DNA of 64,000 nucleotides from Octopus bimaculoides (lineage: Eukaryota). Shown here piece by piece: positions 42,901-53,792 of this stretch (its first letter is position 1; each line of letters begins with the position of its first letter). The notes beneath the pieces were generated by a model. It ran no database searches. It was not told where the DNA came from and was given only the letters and a program-made list of their open reading frames with translations. The stretch spans positions 903,441-967,440 of the forward strand of contig NC_068994.1 of NCBI RefSeq assembly GCF_001194135.2. The letters run 5' to 3'. The position numbers and the translations under genes are program-made.

Positions 42901-45900
42901 TGTCTTTGATGCTGGTAAAGTTTAATGTGGTTGTGATACAACTAGTATCTGACTTGTGGCAGAATTGTTTTCCAATGTGATCTGAGGAATAAACCAGTAT
43001 CTGGTCATGATTCAAAAATGTTGAAGAAGATCCCTTAAGGTTAGTTCTTCATTTAGATTGGGATTGTTTTCTTTTGTTGATTTATGAGTCACTTAACTCC
43101 TTTGGTTGGTTCATCTGATGGACTAACAAACAAGAACTATCTCTATGTATTTGCTTGTAAACCTGTATTTTATGGTAACTGTCTGAATGTTGTTCAAAAA
43201 AGTATCAGGACTGGTGCTATAAGACACAAAACTACAGCACATATCAACTTGGCATTTAATCCCTCTTCTGAAGCCACACACTTTATCTAGCATTGTTTCC
43301 ATTGATGGAAGCTTTGTTTTCCCATGGCATGCAGGTGTCAATGAATGGTGGAAAAACCAAATCCAAGCTTCTCTGCTAGTTCCTCAACAGTTACAATGGG
43401 ATTTTTTTCCACCAGGGTTTGCAGGATGTCCTCGTCAAGCTCTACAGTTCTTTGAGGACAAGGGTTGTCTTCTAGGCTGTAGTTTCTGACTCAGAATTTC
43501 TGGAACCACCGTCGACACTGGCTTACGCTTATTGTCCAATCCCCATATACTGCATTTAATATTCCTCCCACTTTCCATTGCATTGTTGCCTTTACTGAAC
43601 TCATAAAGCAAAATATGCTGAATATGCTCCTTTGTCACTTCCATTATACCTTTGAAAAAATAACTATTAAAATCGAACTGCACTCTTCAAAACTTGCACT
43701 AAGAATAAGTACAAGGTAAAATTACTACCTGCTTTTATAGCAAGTTGATGCAGGTAGTTTATCCTGTCCCCCTCTGACTTTTAGTTCATACAATTGAAAG
43801 AAACTATTACTTATGGGATGACCCACTACATATATATAACTTAATCATATACCGATCACATTGTACTGGAATATGGGGGAAAGTACTCTTTATTGATATG
43901 GAATATGGAATAACTATGCCATCCCACAATATTAAACATTAAATTAACTTTATACAAAAGAGGAAACAACCGTTCTATCCTATCGTAATGACCTGAAAAT
44001 AATACGGTAATGCTTTTAGTGAATTGTACTTTTGATGTTTAGTGGGCAGGGGGGATTTTGTTTGAACTTGATTACTTAATTCTTTATTATTTCAACTTTT
44101 TTCTGATTTCATTGTGGAATATTTTTTCTGCAGTTGTTCACATTTTCTATTTGTTTGTGTTTAGGTCCAGTTGATTATGTGTGTCCTGCCACTAACAGCT
44201 GTACAATTGATAAACATCGACGTAAGAGTTGCCAAGCTTGTCGCTTACGCAAATGTTATGAAGTGGGCATGAATAAAGGTAAGATTGTTAGCCCCCAACT
44301 GATGCTTCTATTTCTTGGTCAGTAGAGACCCAATTCCTTTTGTTCTCTTAACTTCACAACAATGATAGTTTGTTGATGCAATTGAAGCATTCTATTGTTT
44401 TGGAAAGATAATGGATTACAAGATACACACACACATACACACACAGCCATTTGTTTACGGCTGTTTCATAATCTTGTTATATAATAGATGTTACATCAAC
44501 ACACATATAAATTATACATATACACACAAAGGTGTATACATATATATATATATATATAGGTTGTATATATATCTGCATATATATTGTTGCTTTGATTTGC
44601 AGGTAGCCAAAGGAAGGAGAGAAAAAACAGTTCCAACCAAACTAAAGTAAAACGAAGCAGTGCCGACTTCTCAGATTCAACAGTGAATTCAACCAGTGGA
44701 AACCAACCAGCAAAGGTTTACTACCCTAATCCTCTCTTTGTGCTGTGTGTGCATATGGCTGACCATTCTATCATGTTTCAGTGAAATGTTATAATGCCAT
44801 CTATTTTAGTGTTTATATTATTCAATGTACAGCCATATAAGTAACAAATCCATATAACTGGTGGATGTATATAACCAATAGAATTATTCAATGAATAGAT
44901 CCATATAAGCATTTGATCCATATGACAATAAAACCAGCTGACCCTATACATCCATGTGACTCAAAGATCCTATCAAATAAGCAAGTTAACCTAAGCCTTG
45001 TCCCCTAATTACCATCACATACCGTGTTTAGTGAAATACTTTCAACGTTATCTTGTTTCTATTTCAGAGTCAGCGTTTATCAAAGTCTTCCTCTTTGGTT
45101 GAAGAACTCTCCAAGAATGATTTTGCCGTCCCTGAATGCAAGCTGAATCCCAGTATTCCTCTGACCAAAAATTATATTTTACAGCTTCTGATCCAGGTTG
45201 CAGATAAAGATTTAGTTCAGTTGATAAACTGGGCCAAACACATACCTGGTGAGTTGATGTTTGCTTACATTCACCACAACAGTGGCAGTGGCAGTGTTTG
45301 CTAACGTTGACATGCGATCATTGAATATTCCTTTTCTTCATCAGCATTGGCTGCGAAATATCCAGTTATTTGGCCTGGAATTTTACTGAAGTCAAAACTC
45401 ATCTCAGTGTTTTTGCTGTGAGTTCGTTCCCAATTCGGTGAGAGTAAAACAGATACTAAAGAAGGGCATCTTTTATCTTTTACTTGTTTCAGTCATTAGA
45501 GTGTGGCCATGCTGGGCACTGCTTTGAAGAATCAAGCCCAGAACTTACATTTTTTGTAAGTTTTGTAATTATTGTATTGGATGCTTTTGCTAAACTACTA
45601 AGTTACAGGGACAAACACAGACACACTACTATAGCCTGAGGCCATAGGTTCCACACAGTGGGACTAAACCTAAAGTACAGTCCAGTGGGAACTGGAACCA
45701 GGTGGTTGAGAAACAAACTTCACACAGCCACCCATGAGCCTACTCAGCGAGACATGATAAAATGAACAGGAATAATAGGCTGAGTTGGCAAAGAGTATGG
45801 AGGGAACTTACACAGCCTTAAAGCTATATTTATAGAATGCTTGGACTAGCTACTTCCAAGCAGTAGCTTTGAATATAAAATATTTTGACCCAAAGCCTCA

Positions 45901-46083
45901 AATCTTCCTTTTAGTGGTTAGGCAAAATGGAAAGAAATGATGATCATGGCTGTTTTCTTCCCCACCACCTTTACAAGACTCAGTGACAACCAAAGATAGG
46001 CCGAGAGATTTGACTTTTGTTAAAATTTCAGAAATATAAACAGCATGAAATGGATGTTATGCATGATATTAATCAGTATTCCC

Positions 46084-46119
<36 letters not shown>

Positions 46120-48365
46120 TTCTATATACTAACTATTATATAACTAAGATCTCTAACTTTATAAATCTCTAATAATCATTAGTAGAACAAAATTATTTTC
46201 CCATTATCTTAAAGCCAATCACCTATCCTTTGTTGACTAACTTTAGTCTTCTTTTTGTCTTTTGTTTCTCTTTCAATAGGTTATGCTGATTTATCTTTGT
46301 CTGACCAAGTACATCTTATAGAATGCTGTTGGATGGAGTTAGTGTTACTTAACTGTGCATATCGTTCCATGGAATATGAGGGAAAACGGCTTGCCTTTGC
46401 CTCAAATCTAATCTTAGAAAATTAAGTATTTCATTTGTTCTTTAAAATGTTTCGAGTTTAGCATTCAGATTACTTTGTCAGATGTAATGTTTATTTATTC
46501 ACATTGTTTAGAATTAATCTTGTGTTATCTTGGTGATGTGATTGTTTACTTTTAGAATGACATTGTAGGACAGATGTTTTATGTTCAAAATGACCAGGTC
46601 CAGGCTCTAACATCAGAAACATTTTGGGCCCCCGATATGGTCAGTTTAAATGCTAAATGGGTAAAGTTAGCATTCCCTGTTTGATGGTATATCTACCATT
46701 GCATGTTAGATTGTCTGGGATGCACCTCACTGACTTTCTTCTCATTGAAGTAGCTATCTAACTTCAACAGAGAGAGAAAGAGATATGATGTGGTTGAGGT
46801 AATATACCATTGGATTCAAGTTCAAACAGCTTACTTTGCATGAGTCATCCTCCTTTATATTGTCACCTACTGGCTTGTGATGTCTGTTTAGGGTTAGTGG
46901 TGAGGTGTTGTTGTGTGTGTGACGTTTTTTGTGGGTTGACAGTGAAAGGTAAAGTGAGAATATAATGTTTGATTCAGATATATCACATATTTCTGAAATA
47001 TATGTACAAATGGAAGAGAAATTCAACCACCATTTCATACTTTGAACAATGATAATGACAACAAAATGCACAGTATTGAATTCTATATTGGTTATAGCAA
47101 CCACTGTCTGATAGTTTGACAAAGATGGAGTTTATGATTCAACTGTCAATGTTTTATGAAACTTTAGCAACTACAGTTTCCTACGTTTGTCTTAGTTATC
47201 TATTTTCATTGTGAAGATTATTTCCATTCTTGTTTCAGGCACCACTGGGAGATTCTAGGAATGACCCAGATCTTGGAACAAGTAGCAGCTGTTAGTGAGC
47301 AACTTTTACAGTTTGGTATTAATCGAGAAGAATTGTTATTACTTGAAGCTACTATCTTAGTAAATGCAGGTATGTTGGTGACTTTACATGATTACTAACT
47401 CAGAACCAATCCATTTTATTACATTATTAATGTAATTTACCTGACATACATGTGGCCTACTGTCTGATGTGTGTTGTACATTACAGACATATTGTACACC
47501 TCAAATGTGCCATAAAAATGCCTGTCAGACAATGTATTATGTATGTGAGATATACTGTATGACACATCAGACATACTATATGACGCATCAGACATACTGT
47601 TCACACATCACTCATGTGTCATATAGTATGTCTAATGTATGTCCTACACTATGCCTGATGTGTTGTACAGTATCTTTGATATGTGTCCTACAGTATGTTT
47701 GATGTGTTTGTGCAGTCTGTCTGGTGTGTGTTGTATAGTATATCTGATATGTCATATTGTATGTCTGATGCAAATCGTAGTGTATAGTCATACTGTATGA
47801 CACACGTCAGACATAGGNNNNNNNNNNNNNNNNNNNNNNNNNNNNNNNNNNNNNNNNNNNNNNNNNNNNNNNNNNNNNNNNNNNNNNNNNNNNNNNNNNN
47901 NNNNNNNNNNNNNNNNNNNNNNNNNNNNNNNNNNNNNNNNNNNNNNNNNNNNNNNNNNNNNNNNNNNNNNNNNNNNNNNNNNNNNNNNNNNNNNNNNNNN
48001 NNNNNNNNNNNNNNNNNNNNNNNNNNNNNNNNNNNNNNNNNNNNNNNNNNNNNNNNNNNNNNNNNNNNNNNNNNNNNNNNNNNNNNNNNNNNNNNNNNNN
48101 NNNNNNNNNNNNNNNNNNNNNNNNNNNNNNNNNNNNNGATACTGCCCAGAAGTATCACCCAGATAACCCGCGGCATGTTCCGTCCGCCCTACTGCTGCTC
48201 AGTCATGTACGTCAAGCCTCTGATCGTAGTATCATTTATCTACAGAAACAGAAAGACGAAGGTCATGTGACATTTTGTGAACTGATAACTGAGATGCTAG
48301 AAGCGCAGAACAGTTCTAACGATATTGTAGCACCCAGAGCAGATGTTATTGGAATGGGCACTTGA
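34859..48365 (+). CDS. ER: Estrogen receptor (molluscan ER, NR3A-type nuclear receptor), multi-exon CDS; part of the last exon lies in the 47818-48137 N gap
   Basis: Spliced translation gives two C4 zinc fingers ([31 protein letters not shown] / [30 protein letters not shown]), an ER-type P-box CEGCKA (ERR has CEACKA), the LBD signature [27 protein letters not shown] and the AF-2 helix ELITEMLEA. All exon phases are compatible. Confidence 0.96.
38398..38572 (-). mobile_element. tRNA-derived SINE with a Meta/CORE-like central box
   Basis: Minus strand has a tRNA-like head (GCATGGCTTTGTGGTTAGGGTGTTGGACTCATG) and the box TTGTGTTCTTGAGCAAAACACTTCATTTCAC. Confidence 0.7.
38572..38710. repeat. Degenerate 26-bp minisatellite, about 5 copies
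   Basis: GTTA(C) recurs at 38587, 38613, 38638, 38664 and 38690. Confidence 0.7.
40290..40930 (+). mobile_element. LINE (CR1/L2-like) apurinic endonuclease relic in ER intron 1
   Basis: [18 protein letters not shown], then a frameshift at the A run near 40441, then [36 protein letters not shown] and NFHRADW. Confidence 0.92.
42732..42851 (+). CDS. ER: ER exon, first zinc finger of the DBD
   Basis: ttgtag| acceptor and CAAG|GTAAGT donor; encodes [31 protein letters not shown]. Confidence 0.97.
43190..43740 (-). mobile_element. Internally deleted mariner-like element in ER intron 2
   Basis: [22 protein letters not shown] is a mariner N-terminal HTH start; a frameshifted continuation joins directly to a C-terminal-like segment. 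Confidence 0.75.
44165..44278 (+). CDS. ER: ER exon, second zinc finger of the DBD
   Basis: tgtttag| acceptor and AAAG|GTAAGA donor; encodes [37 protein letters not shown]. Confidence 0.97.
44603..44715 (+). CDS. ER: ER exon, hinge
   Basis: tttgcag| acceptor and AAAG|GTTTAC donor; encodes [37 protein letters not shown], phase 1 to 0. Confidence 0.88.
45068..45248 (+). CDS. ER: ER exon, hinge and LBD helix 3
   Basis: atttcag| acceptor and CCTG|GTGAGT donor; encodes SQRLSK...[20 protein letters not shown]. Confidence 0.95.
46280..46421 (+). CDS. ER: ER exon, LBD helices 4-5 and beta-turn; ends at a non-canonical TT donor
   Basis: tcaatag| acceptor; encodes [46 protein letters not shown]. The next exon needs phase 2, which places the donor at AA|TTAAGT. 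Confidence 0.9.
47239..47369 (+). CDS. ER: ER exon, LBD helices 6-8
   Basis: tgtttcag| acceptor and GCAG|GTATGT donor; encodes [43 protein letters not shown]. Confidence 0.95.
47440..47817. repeat. Degenerate direct and inverted repeat block (CATCAGACATAC / GTATGTCTGATG) next to the gap
   Basis: 47565-47584 is the reverse complement of 47751-47770 at 19/20; further direct copies at 47585-47597 and 47788-47815. Confidence 0.8.
47818..48137. other. Assembly gap (320 N) hiding the acceptor and 5' part of the ER terminal exon
   Basis: N run; the reading frame resumes mid-LBD immediately after it. Confidence 0.95.
48138..48365 (+). CDS. ER: ER terminal coding exon (visible part), LBD helices 10-12 to stop
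   Basis: Starts at the gap edge. Reads [75 protein letters not shown] with TGA at 48363-48365. Confidence 0.93.
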   Translation, partial: DTAQKYHPDNPRHVPSALLLLSHVRQASDRSIIYLQKQKDEGHVTFCELITEMLEAQNSSNDIVAPRADVIGMGT

Positions 48366-48389
48366 GGAGGAGTGTTGCTACTAAACAAT

Positions 48390-48424
48390 CTATGAATGTG
48401 TGTTTGTGTGTGTGTGTGTGTTTA

Positions 48425-48478
<54 letters not shown>

Positions 48479-48632
48479 TTATGTACATATATACATTCAA
48501 ACATATACACACACACACATAAATCTGTGTCTCTAACCATAAATGTGCATATATACCTATATATACAAACATATATATACTAACATGTATATAATACACA
48601 AATATACATACACACTCACACATTTGTATTTA

Positions 48633-48670
<38 letters not shown>

Positions 48671-49172
48671 TATATACACACACACACATACAGAAAATTA
48701 TTTATTTAAACACACACACTTAATAGAAACAAATATTGGAGATGCAATGTTAATATATTAGTTTCATGCTGAAATGAAGCCGTTTCTCAGATTGTTCTGT
48801 TTCAGATTATTAATTTGCATGAAAGGAAACAAAAAAGGACAGAGAAGAGGAGAAAAAAGTTACAGTCTGAAGTGTATAAGTCTTAGTTTACAAATCATGT
48901 TCGAAATTGAAAGTTTTAGGAAAAGGATAGGGGTGTGTGTGTGTTTATTCAGGTGTGAGGTGTGCGTGTGCATATTGCCACAAATTTTTTGGTTTCCTGC
49001 TCCTCGTTTCTCTATTGAAGAACCTACAACAGTCCCTGAAAGGTTTTCATTCTAGCATGAAAGTAAGACATTCACTTCATATTGCGTATTGGCCATTCCG
49101 TGTTAGATGTCGCTTGTTTTCTTCATTAACATCTTTTATTTTTCACAATGTGTGTATGTGTGTGTATTTATG

Positions 49173-49214
<42 letters not shown>

Positions 49215-49380
49215 NNNNNNNNNNNNNNNNNNNNNNNNNNNNNNNNNNNNNNNNNNNNNNNNNNNNNNNNNNNNNNNNNNNNNNNNNNNNNNNNNNNNNN
49301 NNNNNNNNNNNNNNNNNNNNNNNNNNNNNNNNNNNNNNNNNNNNNNNNNNNNNNNNNNNNNNNNNNNNNNNNNNNNNNNN

Positions 49381-49429
<49 letters not shown>

Positions 49430-49604
49430 CACATTTGTGAATATCATATACATATATAAACACACATTTATGAATATTATACACATATGTATACATATAT
49501 TTGTGAATATTATACACATATGTATACATATATTTGTGAATATTATACACATAAGCATATATATATATATATCTACATATACATATGTACATATACATAT
49601 GTAC

Positions 49605-49637
<33 letters not shown>

Positions 49638-49770
49638 NNNNNNNNNNNNNNNNNNNNNNNNNNNNNNNNNNNNNNNNNNNNNNNNNNNNNNNNNNNNNNN
49701 NNNNNNNNNNNNNNNNNNNNNNNNNNNNNNNNNNNNNCACACACACACACACATATATATATCTACACAC
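48390..49770. repeat. Dense (TG)n/(TA)n/(CA)n microsatellite block just after the ER stop codon, including a 33-bp tandem repeat (about 4 copies, 49435-49555) and two N gaps
   Basis: Directly visible; TGAATAT recurs at 49438, 49471, 49504 and 49537. Confidence 0.9.
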
Positions 49771-52495
49771 ATGTATACATATATTTTACATTTTAGTTCG
49801 TAGACCTACAAGCTAATCTGTAAAATTTATAGTATTAAAAGATTAAAAAACAAATAATTAAGCTAATTAGAACTACCAGTGAAGTCATTCTCTTTTGTTT
49901 TTCAAATATACCTAACTGTACCAAGGATCTCACACATTTTCCAAGATATATATATATATTCACACACACCCAACAGCAATGTGTATGATCGTCCTTCACG
50001 TAGAGCCGTGGGTTGGGTGGCAAGCCTAGAGAATGTGCCGAGCTCTATTGTCTGCTTTGGGTTGTTTTCTATGCCTGGATGCCCTTCCTAACCCCAACCA
50101 CCATACAAAGTATACTGGGGGCTTTGCATGTCACAGAAGCACTAGCAGGGTCTTGCAAGAGAAAGATCTCAAATCTCTGGGAGTGGGGAGCAGCTTTGTG
50201 CGAGTTGAAGTGTGGTTTGAGTGTGTGTGCGCTTGCATACATACATATATGTATATATATCTATATAAATATCTACAAACATACAATATATACATTGATA
50301 CAAATACACACACACCCATCGACACTTATGCAAACCTTGTGCTTATATATAAAGTGGTTCATATATTCATAGGCACGTGTATGCCCGTACAAATATGTGT
50401 ACTTAAACACATACATATATATGTTTGCAATAACTGAAGCTAGGGCTACACTCAGAGCAGGCTGCCAGCTTTTGATACCAGAAACATTTCTCTCCACTTT
50501 ACCCAGTATATTCACCTCTGCATCAGATCATTCTTTCTACTCCATAACTGTATATTTTTAATACATGTTACATCACTTACATTATATATATAAACACATA
50601 TAATCATGTGTTTGTGTGTGTGTGTATAAATGAAATATGTCTATGCATGTATATATATATACACGTGTGCGCATTTATGTATATGTATATAAATTCATGT
50701 TCATATATGCACATGTATACATCTATTTATAATTATGTATACATATTTTTGTAGTCCTACGCAAACATTTATATACACATGCTTAATTACACTATGACAC
50801 TAATTTACATACACGTGTGTGTCTATAGATGCATATATCACTCATGCACACATGTGTGCGTGTGTATGCATGCAAATAGCCATTTATTTGTATGAGTGTA
50901 CAATATGTTTGTGTTGGTGTATGTGTATATGTGTGTGTATATGTTCTTTTACTGATAGGTTCAGTGATGAAGCACATAATACATTTCTGAGTTACTGACA
51001 TGTTTCTGTTGAATGTTTTTTGTTAGGAGAAACTAAATCTTTCATGCCATGTGGTGAATGTTATGCCATTCCTCAGTTGTTTGCATCAGGGTCAGTTGCC
51101 TTAGCTATCCTCACTTTTGTTCACCAACTTAACAGCTTGTCAGGCTATATAAGCTAGATATTCTAAAGACTAGATTCCTCACCTTCTCCCTGAAACGAAT
51201 GGTTTAGGAGCTTTACACTGTTGTGACGTTCCTACTATAGATACATTGAGAAAAGCCTCATAGGTGTAGTGGAAAACAGCACAGAAGCAACATACTTGCT
51301 GCTTCTCTGGACCTTAGTTGAGGCATCTATGAACCCTGCCATAAAACCCATGAGAAGCAAAGATATATATAAAGGAACTATCTTAAATCTCCACCTTAAA
51401 AAAAATCATATAGTCACCTTTACATTTTCTTGTAATGTTAACATTGCTGAGCCTGCTCGATCAGCATTTCCCAGAAGATGACAGCTGTAACAGTATCTGA
51501 AATTGGCTACAGTTGTGGGGATCAACAGGAACACTCTAACATCAGATACACCAAACACTTGATTTTAGGATACAATTTCAGAAATCCAGGCTCCCCCTCC
51601 CCCTGGTCACTAGTTTAGGCATATAATTACAGTTGTGGATGAAAGTAAAGTCTTCTCCACAAAACGAAACCAAGCAACAAGACAATGTACAATGGTATGT
51701 GAAGAAGAAGAAAAAAACAAAACATTTTATAAGTAACGAAGCATCTTGTAAGTTCAAAAGTAGGTTCACAAGCAAAAGAAATAGAATGAAGTGAGCAACC
51801 CATGTTTGGAACTGAAAACATTCCCATATTGTATTAAATGGAAAGTGTTCATGAGAGGAAAAACTTATGGGAATGAAACAAAGAAAGGCTCCATCTATCG
51901 TTGATGAAAAACTAACATTCTACTAAAATTGATGAACAACACCTATTTAAATATTTAAATTCCCGAACAGAATTTTTTACAAAATGTGTAAACAGTTTCG
52001 GAATCTAGCTTAATATCTCCTTCAAGAAATAATTTCAGAACTTCTTGAAACGATTTGACAACATCACCCAACAACTACAATTAGACACTGAAGACACCAA
52101 GTGACTTGAAATGATTTATCATATATATTAGGGTCCTTCCTTTTTAAAACATTGGAGTTGAATTCAGCTGACAATCAAAGGAACGCTAATTACGTTACAT
52201 ACTGAATTACTGCCCTTCATAAGTGAAATAAACCATCTTGTTTATTATTATTATTATTATTATTATAATGCTTTGTTTTCAAATTAGATGTGTTTTTAAA
52301 GCTCCAATATTCAGGGTGTTGGAGTTTGTGAACAAAAGTGAGGTCTGCTGAGGCAATTGATTGCAACTGGACTTAGCTGTCAATAAGAGGAGAACCTTGA
52401 CCTCATGGCCGGAGACTTTTAGTCTTTTGTTACAACATAATTGTATATTTATGTTTATGTATATATAAAATGTATAATACACATGTGTATGTACA

Positions 52496-52552
<57 letters not shown>

Positions 52553-53729
52553 AAAGAAACCATGAGCAGAGGAGGAGCTGTTGATGTTTTTTTTAAATTG
52601 TATTTTCTATTTTTTTCTTTGTTTCCCTCGTTCTTTCTGGCCAATGTGAAATATTTTGTTGCAGCATTTCAATGACAGTTTTGACATTACAAAACTTACT
52701 TTTTANNNNNNNNNNNNNNNNNNNNNNNNNACCATCACCATTACCACCACCATCACAACAACTCCATGGAAAATAATTTTCACAATAGTAACTTGATTTA
52801 TCCGCTGTAAATTTATGGCATTAAATATTTCAAATTGATTAACATGGACAGAATTAATCTGTTAGAATTTGATAATTTTGTTGTGTTAGTAATTGATCAG
52901 TCCATTGTTGTATATTGCTAACTCATTATAACTAATAGCTTTACTGAATTAACAGATACACATTTCATTCAGCTTGTTAATAATACTAGTACAAAATTGT
53001 TCAGTAATCTTTTAAGTTAATCTCTTAATAGCCATGGGAGTTGTGGCCTTAAGGAAGTTAAGAAATGTAGTTGATTGCAAAATTGAGATGGAGGAATGGT
53101 AATGGTGGGTTGACCCTGAAGAAGAATTGGATCAAGAAATGTCACTCAACAAACAATAAAATCCCACAGAAATATAATAGCACTCTCCATGTTCCATTGT
53201 TTCTCTTTTATTTGTATTCATTGCTCATCCCCATGGTTACCAATATGTCACACGAATGTGTGTGAGTTTGTGTGTGTGTAAATGTCTATCAAATTCTGTA
53301 TGGTGCTCTTAACTACCCAACATGTATGGAGGAGGAGCAGGAGAAAGACTTCTCCCCCTTAACATACTTGTGCAGCTCTTATTAGACTGAACTCACAACG
53401 TCAGTCTATATCAACACTACTACTACTACTACTACTACAGCCTGCTGAAAAACCAACAACATCCATGGTCTGTTCACGGTCTCAGCAAACTCTGACAAAT
53501 AGTGAGAAAAAAATGTCTATGATCTCTCAAGACTAATGACTAAACAACACAGAGGATCAGATTTATTTAAACAGTTACAGAATCATTTTTTTAAATACAA
53601 ATCTAGAAAACTAAACGTTTCTTTTTCTCTAACAAAACAGGCAGTGTGTGTGTATACACATATATATACACACACACACACACAATTATATATACACTGG
53701 TATGTATATATATATATATATATACACAT

Positions 53730-53792
<63 letters not shown>

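Noticed and set aside
46421-46427. Alternative explanations for the TT donor: GT at 46426, editing of AT to IT at 46421, or a U12 AT-AC intron
   Set aside because: The GT at 46426 includes an in-frame TAA. Editing would give phase 1, which is incompatible with the 47239 acceptor. There is no ATATCCTT U12 donor and the intron ends in AG.
51027-53098. Other + strand exon-like segments (51027-51090; 53032-53098) that could be chained to the 56-60 kb candidate
   Set aside because: They are mutually incompatible and have ordinary sites; such chains arise easily by chance in AT-rich DNA.
53400-53491. Minus-strand acceptor (ttttttctcactatttgtcag) suggesting a convergent terminal exon
   Set aside because: All frames end quickly or run into a (GTA)n repeat, and no upstream partner exon was found.
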